64,000 bases of DNA from Camelus ferus (taxonomy: Eukaryota). Numbering within the stretch: position 1 is the stretch's first letter; each line of letters opens with the position of its first letter. Where the stretch lies: positions 56,050,001-56,114,000 of the forward strand of contig NC_045697.1 in NCBI RefSeq assembly GCF_009834535.1, written 5' to 3'. Of this stretch, positions 50,151 to 64,000 are shown piece after piece. Below the pieces are notes generated by a model, which had not been told where the DNA came from, made no database searches, and saw nothing but the letters and a program-made list of their open reading frames with translations. Both the position numbers and the translations under genes were made by a program.

Positions 50151-51344
50151 AAGGTTTTTAACAATGAAATTTGAACTCCAAATTCAGATGCACAGCATTT
50201 AAATAGTCTATAAAAATAATGAAGTAGTTAATAATTATGTTTTAAGTGGACCCTGAGAAGCAATCTGTATATTCAATGATATGTTAGGCTTCTAGTGCAA
50301 TCCTTATAAAACCTCAGGAGTTCAAAAGTATTTTTCATTATTGCAATAAATTCATGTTTTATTTCTCCTTTCTCCATTGCCAGTGACAGATTTAAAAATC
50401 AAGCCATATTTTACATAATGCCTCTGTTCAGAATGTAAACTGTTACTCAAAGTGTGACTTAGATGTATGTGACACTCAGCTAACATGTATTGAAACACTT
50501 TCTTATAAAAAATTAAAATAACTGCTAACAAACCCACATACTAGGATCTGGATGTTGTCTGGGTCAGTTGGTGATACCAAAATCAGATTGACTTATTTTT
50601 AACTATAAATTGAATCAGTTATTATACTGTGGACCATTCCTTATCATGGAGCTACAACCACAGAGGTAAGAAGATTTTTAAATTTAGCTTATTTTGCAGT
50701 GGCCTCCTTTTGTGAATTAGGCCAAGTAAGTCAATTACTGAATCTTTCTAGAGATGAGAATGTTGACTTACTTCATAGGAGAACTGCGAGAGAAATATAG
50801 GCACTGTTTAAATGTTTGATATCCTAATATTTCTGAATGTCATAGCTGGCATCATCTGATGACTGGAGAAGGTTAGTTAACCTCCTGTATTACATACTGT
50901 GTGATTGCCTCTGCACTTGATAAGAGGTGCACGTGGAACATACGACAATCCTTCATAGATGTGTTTTCTATACATTCATATAAAAAGGCAAGTAATCATC
51001 TTATATATTGTATACAATAAATTAGCAGTTTCAGAAAAAAATAGATCCACAGGCTCAATATTTCTCTTTACATGGCTTTTTCTTCTATTATCTCAGCCTA
51101 TTATTGCATTTAGTAGAGTTTTCCTTACAGAACATCTCTGTGTCTTTTTTTTTACATTCAATAATTTATGTAGGAGATCACATAGTATAAAGCTTAATAT
51201 CATAACAGAAAACCCTGCTTTCTTAGTTATCTAAATCTTAAATATCTTTAGTTCTGTAGTTAATAAAAACAATCATGTGCAATAAACACTGAACTCCAAG
51301 GTGGTCATTTCATCTATACCGATGACTCTCTTTTACAACAGTTG

Positions 51345-51620
51345 TTTTTTTCAGTTATCATTTGCTTTTATGGTAGCTGGTTTACAGTGTTTCAGGTGTT
51401 ACAGCAAAGTGATTCAAATAGTTATATATATATATATGTTCTTTTTTCATATTCTTTTCCATTATAGGTTATTACAAGATACTGAATACAGTTCTCCATG
51501 CTATACAGTAGATCCTTATTGCTTGTCTATTTTATATATAGCAGCGTGTATCTGTTATTCCCACATTTCCAGTTTATCCCTACTCCCCTTTCCCATTTGG
51601 TAACCACACGTTTGTTTTTG
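51345..51620 (-). mobile_element. LINE-1 3' UTR fragment
   Basis: ttttccattataggttattacaagatactgaatacagttctccatgctatacagtag...tttggtaaccac. Confidence 0.85.
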
Positions 51621-52539
51621 TTTTTGTTTTTGTATTGCAATTTTTAAATATTTGTCTGTTAAACTTGTTACTTTACAGATGAAATTATTTTCAGTAGTTT
51701 GTGTCCTTAAAGACATCTACCTTCAAATTTATTAGAATATTATGAGGGAGATAACAGTGGGTTTTATCTTGTTATGATTTTAAAAAGAAAAGCACTGTGT
51801 GGTAGCAATAAATGAAAGTTCTTGCCCCCATCTACAGTCAGCGAGTCATGCATCTGTCAGTGGGTGACAACTACACTCTGCAGTGAATCTGTTAATTGCT
51901 AATCTCAAAGGCATTGAATAATGACATGTAAACTTAAAAACGTTCAAGTTTTGGTTTTGGAATGTCACCAAAATTGTTTTTGTATTTAAAATAATTCAAT
52001 AAAAATTAACTATCTTATAATTATTTTCTCTCTTTCTATTTAACTTCTCCTGAAGCATCACAATTATTTCCATTTTATTTGAAATACATCTCTACAGGTT
52101 TTTCTGCCAAATTCTGTTTTCCTAGTTTCTGATCTGTGTCATAATTGGTAATAGTGAAATGTGAGGTTAGCTGTTAGATCACAGATTTTTACTTCAATTT
52201 TTTGTCCGTTATTCATTAGTTACTGATGATGTAAATATATGCATTGTTAGCACTTTCTAAAGTTTTACTTGGAAGTTAGTAATTTTGTCAAATAAAACCA
52301 TAAATTTCATAATATAATAGTTGCCATTGTGCTGCCAAAGCACGTGGTTGTTAAAACACATAGTTCATTTGTTGCTAAGAGGAAGACACTCTTTATCACA
52401 ATCTTTAAAGTGATGTCATTAAGAACTTTTGTTATATTGTTCTATGACATTCATGATTGTAGACATGATCCATTTTATGATAAGGCAGACATAGACCTAT
52501 GAGGCAGTAATTATGAAGCAATTGATCTCAAAGTGTTTC

Positions 52540-53630
52540 TTTTTATTGAAGTACAGTTGATTTACAATATTGTATTAGTTTCAGGTGTACAACAAAGTGA
52601 TTGTTGTTTTTTTCAGACTATATTCCCTTACAGGTTCTTATAAGATATTGAACATAATTCCCTATGCCATATAGTAAATTCTGGTTGCTTATCTGTTTTA
52701 TGTATAGTAGTGTGTATCTGTTAACCCCAGACTCCTAATTTTTCCTCTCTCCTCCTCCACTTTGGTAACCATAAGTTTGTTTTTGTGTCTTTGAGTCTGT
52801 TTCTGTTTTGTTGTATAGATTTATTTATATTATTTTTAGATTCCACATATAAGGGATATCATACACTGCCTTTCTGTGTCTGACTTACTTCACTCAGTAT
52901 AATATTCCCTAGGTCCATCCATGTTGCTTGCACATGGCAATATTTTATTCTTTTTTATAGCTGAATAATATTCCATTGTGTGTGTGTATGTGTGTGTGTG
53001 TGTGTGTGTAATCCAATTGTCTGTTCATGGGCACTCAGGTTGTTTCCATGTCTCAGCTATTATAAATAGTGATGCCATGAACACTGGGGTGCATGTGCCT
53101 TTTCAAATAGTAGTTTTCATTTTATTCTGGATATATACCCAGGAGTGGGATTGCTGGATCATATGGTAGTTCTATGTTTAAATTTTGAGGAACTATTTTC
53201 CCTGGTGGCTGTACCAGTTTTACATTCCCACCAACGGTGTGGGAGGGTTCCCTTTTCTCCACTCACTCTTTGGCATTTATTTGTAGACTTTTTAATGATG
53301 GCCATTCTGACTGGTATGAGATGATACCTCATTGTGGTTTTGATTTGCATTTCTCTAATAATTAGTGATAGTGACCATCTTTTCATGTGCCTGTTGGCCA
53401 TCTGGATGTCTTCTTTAGAGAAATGTCTGCTTAGGTCTTCTGCCCATTTTTTGATTGGGTTTTTGTTGTTGTTGTTATTAAGTTGTGTGAGCTGTTTGTG
53501 TATTTTGGAAATTAAGCTCTTGTTGGTCACATCTCTTGCAAATATTTTCTCCCATTCTGTAAGTTGTCTTTTTGTTTTGTTGATAGTTTCCTTTGCTGTG
53601 CAAAAACTTTTAAGTTTCATTAGGGCCCTT
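52540..53630 (-). mobile_element. 5'-truncated LINE-1 (ORF2 C-terminus and 3' UTR) with an internal (TG)n at ~52977-53010
   Basis: ORF 53159-53620(-) [27 protein letters not shown]...[21 protein letters not shown] is ORF2p. It frameshifts at the Cys-rich motif. Confidence 0.93.
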
Positions 53631-53793
53631 CTTTTTTTTTATTTTACTGACCTCAGAATTTTTATGTCTCAGTCTGTAAGGAGTGGCTATTCTGAATATA
53701 CCTAGAATTCCAAAATCCTGGAGCTTCCTGCCTCATATAGCTATCTTAGAAAGCTATAAGAAAGATAATTATTATATTATAACATTTTATTTA

Positions 53794-53879
53794 TTATATT
53801 ATATCATTTTAATTTTTATGATTGTTATTTTCATTTTTATGAAATTTTTATATTACATCATTTTAATTTTTATGATTGT
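53794..53879. repeat. 32-bp direct repeat, 54-bp period
   Basis: ttatatta(t/c)atcattttaatttttatgattgt at 53794-53825 and 53848-53879, one mismatch. Confidence 0.9.
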
Positions 53880-53929
53880 ATGCCGTCTATGGTAGTATGT
53901 TAAGTATAAGTATACTTTAAGAAATATAT

Positions 53930-54008
53930 AATCGCTCATTGCTGAGTCTCTGGAGCATGGTAGGTGATGAGTATAATTGTTGAATGAATGAATAAATAAA
54001 TAAATAAA
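53930..54008 (+). mobile_element. LINE-2 3' end with (AAAT)n tail
   Basis: gctcattgctgagtctctggagcatggtaggt...tgttgaatgaatgaataaataaa. Confidence 0.6.
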
Positions 54009-57000
54009 TCTGTGGTTGGAAGAGAAACATTTCCTCATTTAAAAGAATATGGATTCAGATCCTTGAGATTGTTATAAAAGAGCAATGAGCACAAGCCCTC
54101 CTCAGTTATAACTTTAAATGTGCTTCTCATGGAAACAATATCATATGTACTAATTATATATTATATGTGTGGATAGCCTTTTGTGAAACTTATGACCTAG
54201 GAACCCAACTTCTTTTCATAAATGCATTTTATTTTGGGATATGAAATTTCCAAGATTTGGATACATTAGTTACAAGTGATATGGGAGTGCTACCTTTTCA
54301 TAAGCTAAACTGCCTAAACCCATGTTATCCAAATCAGTTGATAATAAGTTGCCATATAATGAATATATGCCCTTAAAATTAAATATTGAGACACTACTTG
54401 ACAGTTCTCTACCTTGCTGCGTCTCTATATGACACACTGGCTATTCTGGCTCTAATTAATAATTGAAGTTACATGAACTTGAAGTTCAAATAACTGTGCA
54501 CAGTTTACCTCAGCAGCCAGACCAAGTCCATTCTGGGAAGCATCATTCATTCCTTCTTTCTCATACACAAAACCCAACAAGCATCTCCTAGAATTACAGA
54601 GTAGCTATGCTGCTCATCAACCAGTGATGTGAAAATTAAATTCAAAGCCCTCCCTAAATCAAAACTCATAAACTACCCTCTATTATCATTATTCTTTCAT
54701 TAAAAGGGAGAATTCTAATACTAAAACAATAAGAAACATATGATCCCAAAATAAAGAATAATCCATTAAATTGAATGTATTGGGTTTTATGAAATACCTA
54801 CTACTTGTTTCTTATTTCTTTAAGAATTAGTGAAAACTTTGTTATGGTCCATTGGCTAATATTTGGAAATGATGTAAACTTTGTATCTTCATTTACAAAC
54901 TGGAACACTTAACTTCTTGTGCAGGGTTTTTTTTAAAACTCAGCTGTGTTCCCTCTGACTTGAATGTAAATTCAAGGTCCACATGTGACCAAATAAACAA
55001 ATTAAAGTGTAAGTGTTTTTCTAAAAAACCTTTACATCGCGGTGTTGTTTACCATTATTTCTAACTCAGTGTATACACCCAGACCCCAGTTGGGAATTTA
55101 ATCAGAAACTGTGCTAAGTTTACAATTCATCTTTGAAGAGTATCCCAGATACTGTTCAGAGTTGATTCTAAGCAAAAAAGTTGCTTTTCTGTAGAATAAA
55201 GCAATCTGAACACAATACAATTACACAGGACTAATACAAGGATGCCTAGAGCAAAGCTGGGCCTGACTGAATATTTTTAACCTTAAGATTCCCATCTAAA
55301 GTTTAATCATACTCCTTAGGCTTCAGCAAAATAGAATCTAAGTGAAACTTTAATCTGAAAGCTTAATGGACTGTAATCTCTCCTTTGATCTCAGAGGACT
55401 GATGGTAGTTTTCATGCCCGATGCAGTCTCTCTTTGGTTTCCCAAATCTCTAACATGCTCAGAAACACTTCCACCCACAGATACACAGATACACACAACC
55501 TAGTAATAGATACAGAAAAACACTTAGAAGATGCCCAGGATTAAATATGTCAGTGTGCTAGAAGTCCTAATAAAAAGTCACATGCTAGAATCCTGTGGAT
55601 GCGTTTTCTGGAATTAACCCAATATTTGAACTTGTTCTTATCCCTAGACACTTGACTTAATTTCTGGTTCTGGATTTTAATTTTTCTCCTGGATTATGAT
55701 TTCTGAACTTTTCTTACTATTTTAGGGCTTCCTTCATTTATTCAACAAATATCATCTATTGTAAATCTACTTTGTACTAGTACTGTGTAAATTACAAATG
55801 GAGAAATGAGAAACAAACTCCATGCTGCTCATAGTTTAATGGAGGAAGCACGCTGTAAACATTAATTCATAAGCATTAGCATACTTACTGTGTGCCAGTG
55901 ACTGTATATGGTATTACAGAATCAAATATGGATTTCTTATCTCCATTTTCAGGAGGTTTAAAATCTAGATTTCAATACATTTGTTTGCTCCATTCCCACT
56001 TCTGATCACAGTAGAATCTGCCACTCCTGGGTCTCGGTGTCTTTCAGATTGTGGTATATTGTCACAGCCAGCACGAGTGAAGAAGGAAGCAATTTGCGTA
56101 AACGAGGGATGTTCCCATTGGTTTTATTTCATCTTTTCATGTTTAACCTCATTAAACGTAACGACAGTGTTCATTATTCAAAGTGGACTATATCCTGATT
56201 AAGGGGAGAATCTTTTTTCTAAGGCCAGTGTCTGAGGTTAGCAATTACTCTATTGCTTGTCCTAATGTGTCTCAGTGTATCATGGAAAAAATGGAGACTC
56301 GGTTCATAGTGATACCCGTGTAAGGACCGAAGCATGCTACATCCTGAAAATTCATTCCTCACTTACTGCTCTTCCTCCTGCCTGTGTGCCAGGAGGAAAG
56401 ACCATATCATCTTGTCTTTTTCTACTTCATTTCCGCATATGATGAAGGCATTGAGGTCTTTGTAAGTTTATACAGGTCCACTATCTGATTCCTCAAGTTT
56501 CCTGGATAATTTTGTGAGTGCATTTCTTTAAAATTTTATTTGTAGAAATTCTTTCTGTTTTAGCATATCTTTAGCCAAACAAAACTTCAGCCAACATCAT
56601 GGGCTGCTTTCACTTCACAGCAGTATATGTATAACCATTCAAGAACTGAAATATCATTTTGACTTTCATTTTTGTAAAAAGAAAGGGTTACATAAACCAG
56701 CAGATAAGAGATTTTGAATGATTGTGCATTCTATGTAAATGTCATAGGCAAAAATGTAAAGAAGATATTTTTAAAAACTTAAAGAGCAATTTAGATCTCT
56801 GCTAAAATGATAGTTCACTCACAGAAAAAAAAACTGAATGAGATTTAAGTATCATGAAGGAACATCACATTAATTTGATTTTTAATGTATTTAATAGGAT
56901 GGTATACATTTAGATTGAGGGAACAAGAACAAATTCTTTTTAATCCAACTCAATTTTTTCTCTGTACTTTCAAACCTGAAACCTGGGCACCACCTGAGCC

Positions 57001-57324
57001 TCATACAAAGACAAGGTATAATTTTGGCCATTTTATTTAGCTTTCTAGAATGTCAGCCAGAAGCAATCTCAGATAGGAAATTTAGGATCTATAATGTGTT
57101 CAAAATCCTGAAGTTAAAAAAAATAATGTAGCTAATTGTAGTAAGAGTTGTTCCTCGTAAAAACTGAGTTAAGAGTCTTAAGAAATGGGCTTGGGATGTG
57201 GGAGAAAGTATTTAGGTCAGATGATAGAAGAATAGGCTGTATCATGAAAGGAAGGTTTTCTGTCTGTTTCTTTAGTGCAGATGGTTTTGGTGAATTTCTA
57301 CTTGGGAGATTTGAAAAGAAGAAT

Positions 57325-57480
57325 CAATTCAACAAATATGTACTGAGAACCCAAGTATTTTGCTGAAGGATCCAAAATATGAATATACATAGTGTTCTTT
57401 TTCTCAAGGAACTTTCTGTTTAGTTTGAGAAACAGGCACACTATAAATATCTATAATTCAGTGTACTACATGCATCTACA
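57325..57480 (-). mobile_element. LINE-2 3' end
   Basis: attcaacaaatatgtactgagaac...ctcaaggaactttctgtttagtttgagaaacag. Confidence 0.6.
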
Positions 57481-57534
57481 TTTATTGGACATTTTTATGG
57501 AAATCTGGTGAGAAGTTAGACTCACCCAGGAAAG

Positions 57535-57745
57535 GTCATGTGTGTGGTAAGAGGTTAAAAGCAAGGACTCTGAATTGATGTTGCCAGAATCCTAGATCCA
57601 TAATTCATTAACTTTACTAGTTTTTCCATCTAAATAATAATAAACTCATCGTCGGACTGTGGGGAGTATAAACTGTATTAAAATATGTAAAGTATTTAGG
57701 AAAGATCTAGGCACATTTTTAGTTCTAAATAAATTTTAAACAATT
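57535..57745 (+). mobile_element. MIR SINE
   Basis: ggtaagaggttaaaagcaaggactctgaattg...attaaaatatgtaaagtatttag. Confidence 0.65.
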
Positions 57746-57759
57746 ATTATTATATATTA

Positions 57760-57890
57760 TTTAAAATACATATCCCTGGGTCCCTTGACTCTGTACGTTG
57801 TGTGTACTATGCAAGAATTGGCATTTTTAATAAACCAACAGAGGTGGTAGTGATGCTGTTGATGATTAAACCAGTGTTTGGAGATCTCTG
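57760..57890. mobile_element. MER5-type fragment
   Basis: caagaattggcatttttaataaacc...gtgatgctg...agtgtttggagatctctg. Confidence 0.5.
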
Positions 57891-60084
57891 TTTATAGGTC
57901 ATTCAAACTGAGCCAAAGAATAAAAGAAGGTAGGAAGCTTAGAATATTTTCAGTTAAAACAGGAAAAATGAAGAGATATTGTATAAGTAAATAGTTGAGA
58001 AGGAAATAAAAAGAAAAAAGAAAAATTGAAGAGGTTTTACATATAGAAATAATAAGCTAAGGCATATATATTTAAGTAAGCATGATCCGCATTAAATTGA
58101 ATGAAAATTCTGTGCACACAGATACTTACCTAGGAAAACCTGGCATGCATATATATATATATAAATGTGTGTGTATGAGACTCACTCAGTACATCTCTTG
58201 CTGAATGTTGAGTTCTGTCAGCTTTAAGGTGTTTTCTCTGAGAAAAAAATTAGTTAAGATGGTTTAAATAGAAAAAAAATTACCTCAGTCATCATTCAGT
58301 TTTCATTTAGATGTACATTTTCAAAACCAGGTTGCATAAATCAAATTCAATTATTTAATGTCAATATAAGTTTTTGTAGTTTATATTTCATGGTTACTAT
58401 TTCTAATTAGACAGAATTTTATATTTTATTATAAATACCAAGACTCTTCTTTTAATGTCTTTTCTCTAACAATGGTAGCCCAGATTTTTTTAAATGCTTA
58501 AATATATGTATGTATGAGTGTTTATCTAGTATTAATCTATAAAAGTCAGAAGAATCAATCTCTCAAAATAATCTGTAGTCACTGTAGACATCATTTTTCA
58601 GTTATATAGAAAACATTAAACTTTTTATGATAAATTAGTGAAAATGCCTCTGAAGTTAGGTGCTGTCAGTGGGTGTACTTACGCAAGCAGCTGGCAGGTT
58701 GTCAACATAAACAGTTTATTTTTTCAGAGCCCCTTTGCGGCAAACTTCTATGACTAGGACAAGTATATATTTTAGTCATTTATTAGCTCTACCTCATTAT
58801 GAATGGAATGTCAATATGGGAACGTATCAGAATTATAAGCATATGTATCTTCTCTTGAATGTAAGTGTATACTTTACCACTGAATATGAGAAAAACATAA
58901 ACTATCAAATTGAGGGCATATCAGTTGCTCTCTAAATATCACTGCAGAAATGAACTGTATCAGCAGTAAGACTATATGAAACCATAAAATAAATAATAGA
59001 GAAAGATCATCAAGAAAGTATTTGTCTTAATGATGCTACAAGGTGATCAGCTCTAAAATATGGCTCTAAATTTTTCTGAAAATTAATAAATTAAAAGTAC
59101 ACTGAGATTTCCAATTAAAGCAAGAAATTTAATTATGAGTATCGAGATCTATAAAGCTTTTCTCTTTGCTTTTTAAAAACTTTCCACTGTGTATTTGCTG
59201 TGTGACATTTTGGAATAATTGCATTTCTAGAATTTTTCTTTTGCTATGGTGTACTTTTTAATGAGGAATGTAATTCGGTATGATCAAAAATTATTGAGAC
59301 TGCTTATCAGATATATATTAAGGAAACTTTTCCATTTAGTCTTGTAACTTACCTCGCTCATTTGTGCCAAGTGAACTGGAGTCGTTATGGCTGTTATACT
59401 TCTTTTTCGGGGGTAAGTGAAAGATACTCTGTGTCCAGTGTTTGAACTTTACAGTTAGCCCAACTAATTAGATCTTGTCAAGATAGAAATTTCAGATACC
59501 ATTATAAAACTTTAACATCCTATTTTATGTGAAAAGAAACTGGTTAGAGCAAACGTCAACATCACCTGAAATAAATTGTGCTTTTATTTATGTGACTCAC
59601 TAAAGTTTTTAAATGTTATGTTTTGACCATTAAATACAATTTTACAATCTTCTAAGGCCTCCATGGGCTTGCCAACTGTCACTTATCTGCGATAATTAGG
59701 AACAGAGATACACAGATAAATGAAATTCACAGTGATTCAGGAAGCCCCCTATGTCGCTCGATTGAATTCTCTTCCCTATAAAACCTTTCCTGGAGCTGCC
59801 AAGTCTTAACAACATTTGACAGAATTGAGTTTAACCTTTTCTTTCTTTCCTTGCTATTCTTCTGGTGGGAGTTATTATTGAGAGGAAAAAAAAAAATAGT
59901 GGCCAGAGCAATAGGCTGGCAACATTTCAGGGCTGACATGCCAAATGTTCTTTGACTAAATTGCTTCTGGAAGAAGAAGGGAGAAATAACTCACTCAAAA
60001 GTTCTTTCTGTTCCATTGCTGTAGATCCCAGCACACCACTGAGTAAAACAGTGACAGTCAATCACGTGGCTTTTAGTATTTTCT

Positions 60085-60340
60085 TTCACTCATTCATTCA
60101 TTCTTTTGTTCATTTTTTTCTTTCATTCTTTTGTTCATTTTTTTCTTTCATTCTTACATACAGATAATCAATATATACTGAGTTTGTACACTTTTCCAGG
60201 CATAATCCTAAACATTGGAAATACACACACAATTGAAACCAGGTTTCTTTGTCATAGAATGAATCCATTGGTATGTAAACTGATATGTAAACTGACAACG
60301 GAGTATAAATTAGATATTATGAAAAATGTGTCACAAGGTA
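60085..60340 (-). mobile_element. LINE-2 3' end with (TTCA/TTCT)n tail
   Basis: cattcattcattc...tatatactgagtttgtacacttttccaggcataatcctaaacattggaaataca. Confidence 0.6.
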
Positions 60341-61068
60341 GTAGTCAGAATTGAAGCCATCATCATATGGTAGCCCAGTAAGTACCTACTCTTAAGTTAT
60401 CAGTCAACACTATGACTGGAATTTCCCAAAATATGTTCTATGGAATGTTCAGCAGAATGCTCCTATGTGCTGTGAATAAGAGTTCTCTGGCAATACAAAC
60501 ATGGAAAATAGTATAATATATAGAACTAAATAGGATAATTCACTACATAGCTTTACTATACATATGTGTTTACCATATAAATTTACACAGAGTCTTCAAA
60601 GCTTTCAATATTCATATCTTTAAAAGAGATACACTAGGAAGAGCTTCATAGTTGTCTTGCTAAAGAACACTTGTTTTCCATGAAATATTTAGTGCGATTC
60701 TAGTTGCATAGGAAGTACTTTGAGTGCCATTACTTTAATAACTTTTTAAGCTTTAATTCAAAGTTAAGGAAAAACAGAAATAAAGTACAGGGTAAAATTT
60801 AGGAGATAAAAATGAAGCTGTGCTTTTGGAAAGAATGTCAAAGACTGAATTCCATTACTTCATTCATTAGATTGCCTACAAAGGCCTAGTTTTCCGTGAA
60901 CTCTTTGTCTTACTTTAAGAGGAATCATGGTGTGGTGAATTAAAATATGAGCTTTGAAGTCAGATATATCTGAATTCCAATTTTTGTTGATGTTGTTCAT
61001 TAATTGTGTAACAGCTTCTCCTGGTCTTCCATTGCTGTCTTTCTCAGTTTTCTCCTCTCCTTTTCTCT

Positions 61069-61070
<2 letters not shown>

Positions 61071-61108
<38 letters not shown>
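61071..61108. repeat. (TG)19 microsatellite
   Basis: Counted directly. Confidence 0.97.
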
Positions 61109-61109
<1 letters not shown>

Positions 61110-61111
<2 letters not shown>

Positions 61112-61965
61112 ATGTATATATTAAGTTCTGTACATCACCTGTGCAGGTTTGTGTATTCATTCCCCTCTACAAGACCAGAGACAACAGCACGAAGATCTCT
61201 CATATTGCCCTTTTATGGCCACATTCAGATCTCTCCTGCTTCCCCATCTCCCTGTCTCCAACCTTTGGCAACCACTAAGTTTTACCCCACTTCTAAAATT
61301 TTGTCATTTTACAAATATTATATAAATGGACTAATGCAATATTTAACATTTTGAGAATGATTTTTCTCCCTCAACATAATTTCTTGGGGTTGATTAGAAT
61401 TGTTGCTTGTATCTTTGCAGCATGTTGCTTTGCACTGCTGAGTACTGTTCCCTGGTACATTTGTACCAGTTTGTTTAATCATTCACCCCTTGAAGGTCGT
61501 CTGGGCTGATTTTAGTTTCAAGGCTATTAAAAATAAAACTGCTGTGAATATGCATATATAGATATTTGTGTGAACATCAGTTTTCACATAACCTGGGATT
61601 CATGTCAAAGAGTAAAGTTGCTGCATTGTATAGTAATTGCATGTTGAGTTTTGTAAGAAACAGCCAATTTTCCCCAAGTACTGTACCATTTTGCATTTCC
61701 ACCAACAATATATGAGCAATTCAGTTTCTCCACATACTCATCAGCATTTGGTGTAGTCACTATAAAAAAATGAAATAATCTCAGATGGGTATGTAGTGAT
61801 ATCTCATTGTGGTTTTCATTTGAATTTCCCTAGTGACTAATGACATTCAGTATCTTTTCACGTGTTTACTTGACATCTGTATGTCCTTTTCAGTGGTATA
61901 TCTGTTCATGTCTTTTGCCCATTTCCAAATTGAATTATTCATCTTTTACTGGTGAATTTTGACTC
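61110..61965 (-). mobile_element. Old L1 (L1MB/MC-type) 3' UTR and ORF2 end
   Basis: ctgtaccattttgcatttccaccaacaatatatgag...gatatctcattgtggttttcatttgaatttccctagtgactaatga. Confidence 0.85.
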
Positions 61966-62460
61966 ATCTTCATTTTTGAAAGTTAGTTTTGCTAGACATA
62001 GAATCCTCAGTTGACATTTTTTCTTTCAGCATTTTGAAAGAAATGGCCTGCATTGCTTTTGCTGAGGAGTCAGCTAATTATTAATTCTTGTTCTTTTCTG
62101 CTTGATGAGTGCTTTTCCTTTTACTGCTTTCAAAAAAAAATTTTGGTGTCTTGGCATTCAGCAGTGCTACTGTGATGTGTCTAGGCCTAGATTATGGTGT
62201 GTACACTAATTGGATTCAGTGGGCATTTCAGATTTGTACATCAATGCTTTTCATCAAATTTGGGAAATTTTTCGTATTTACTCAAATATTGTGCCTATCA
62301 TTTTTTCTCTTTTCTTCTCCTTTTGAATTCTTATTACACATATGTGGATATGCTTTATTTAGTTCTAGAGGTCTCTTAGGCTCTGTCCACTTTTTATTTC
62401 ATCTTTCTCTGAATTCTTCAGATTGGATCCCTTTCGTTGATCTAGTCTCATGCATTTAGT
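61966..62460 (-). mobile_element. Old L1M internal (ORF1-region) fragment
   Basis: catttttgaaagttagttttgctagacatagaatcctcagttgaca...cttttcatcaaatttgggaaattttt. Confidence 0.7.
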
Positions 62461-64000
62461 ATATATTTCCCGTTTATTTATACTTTTATCACTATTTGAT
62501 TCTATGGATGCAATAAAACATAATTTATAGTAGTTTTATTTATTTTTAAACTATAGGTAAATGTTTGACTGTATTTGAAATTTGTATTTTCCCCTCATCT
62601 TTAAGTATTTGGAATTTTTATGTAAATGAAGTAATGTTAACTCTTGTATAATGATGTATATTATGAATATAACATATTTTATATGTTCCTGTTGATGGTC
62701 ATGGAAGTGGTTTCTAATATTTGGCCATTATAATGTTGGAGGTATCATCTTGGCATATGTATTCCTAGTCACAAGTGAAAATTCTGCTTTATAAAATTCT
62801 TAAATTTACCGTGCATTACAAAATAGCTCCCTAAGTTTGATACCAATATATTCTCATAGTAGGAACATGGAAGAGTCCCTGTTTCCTATAGCCTTCCTAA
62901 AACTCAATTCTGTATCTGCATACATCTTCCTAATAAACACACATTCAAACATACAAATTATTGTAATGTGTTCATTATAACCAGCCAAAAGTAGAATGAG
63001 GAAATATTATCAGAGAGCCTGAGATGTCCAGGACCCCACTGAGCAATCGTTTCTAAGGACTGTTAGTTATTAACTGTTGGTTGTATAGCAAACAGAACAA
63101 TAAATGGAAGTCAGTGACACTTATACTTACTTATTTGTACTTATGGATGTATCCTTTATCATATCCAGAGTCCTATTTGCTCATCTCCAAATAGATATGG
63201 AAGTATCAAATATTATCAAAGATTCTTTAGACTAAAAAATTCTACATTTCTATAATATAACTAAACTTACCTGTTATCTGTGTTTGCTTTATTTATGTTT
63301 TCCATTAGTAGAACATATTGGTGAAATGGATTGTGTTGATAAGCAGAGAAAAGGGCAGTTAATAACTTGTTTTAATTTTAAGATTAAAATCACACTGCAA
63401 AATTAATTTCACCATTCCCTCTTGTGGTTACTAACCTAAGGAAAAAAAGCCCTCAGAATAATTAAGGAACAACATAGGAAGATAAGGAAAAAATACAGGC
63501 AGAAGATCCAAGTAGGAAGAACAAATGTAAGAGTTCTCTTCCCTACTGCTGTAACTCCACTAATGCTAAAGATTTTATATTTGCCTAGAATTCATAGCAT
63601 TCTTAGAAAAATCCATTTTCACAGTAATTCTCAAATAAAAATTCATCAATAAAATGCAATAAAATATTTGGATTGAGTTGATAGAAAATTTCTATAAATA
63701 TTACTCAATCTCTATCTTCAGATAGCATGCCCTGTTATAAAATTCTACAGTTTCATAACAAAAATTCATAGGTCAGAATTGAATTTGCATTAAACTAATG
63801 ATCAACAACATATGAAAATGAACACCAAAAAATCAGAATTGTCATTTTAAAACTATCACTAAACATTTGAAATTTTCATATCAAGTTTTGGGAAAGACAT
63901 GTACTTTTACTTAAGGAGCTATTTTTTGCTGAGAGCAGTTAGAAAACACTCAACAAATGCAGAAGGAGGAATCTGCAATGGATCCATGGCTGTTCCTTCC

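Larger units (their letters stand above)
36177..64000 (+). other. EPHA5: EPHA5 intron 2 (partial; exon 3 lies beyond the window)
   Basis: GTAAGC donor. No ORF in the remainder resembles the expected large exon 3 (WEEIGEVDE...). Confidence 0.88.

Noticed and set aside
36177..64000. EPHA5 exon 3 or a nested gene in intron 2
   Set aside because: No frame encodes the expected [20 protein letters not shown]. The other ORFs are short, or repeat- or low-complexity-derived.
1..64000. CRISPR arrays, operons or other prokaryote-type systems
   Set aside because: The sequence is clearly mammalian (spliced gene, CpG island, L1/L2/MIR), and I saw no regular repeat-spacer array.

Overview
Mammalian genomic DNA, AT-rich with one CpG island (~9500-12060), carrying the 5' part of the EPHA5 receptor tyrosine kinase gene on the + strand. 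Coding exon 1 is 10544-10724, intron 1 is 25,387 nt, exon 2 is 36112-36176, and intron 2 runs off the end of the window. The two exons splice in frame to give 82 codons that match EphA5 as I recall it. A tRNA-derived SINE resembling the camelid Vic-1 family suggests a camel, llama or alpaca. The rest is upstream and intronic sequence with L1, L2, CR1/L3, MIR, MaLR-LTR and hAT fossils plus microsatellites. Nearly all ORFs in the track are spurious or L1-derived. I see no new gene system. The best second-look items are a twin-primed (5'-inverted) L1 with target-site duplication, antisense splice donors suggesting an EPHA5-AS1-like transcript, a lone uORF, a weak exon-1 donor followed by G-runs, two candidate stop-containing cryptic exons (one inside a CpG-rich four-hairpin patch), an enhancer-like motif cluster and an old ~403-bp-period duplication. 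Repeat family names were assigned by eye from memory, and repeat boundaries are approximate.
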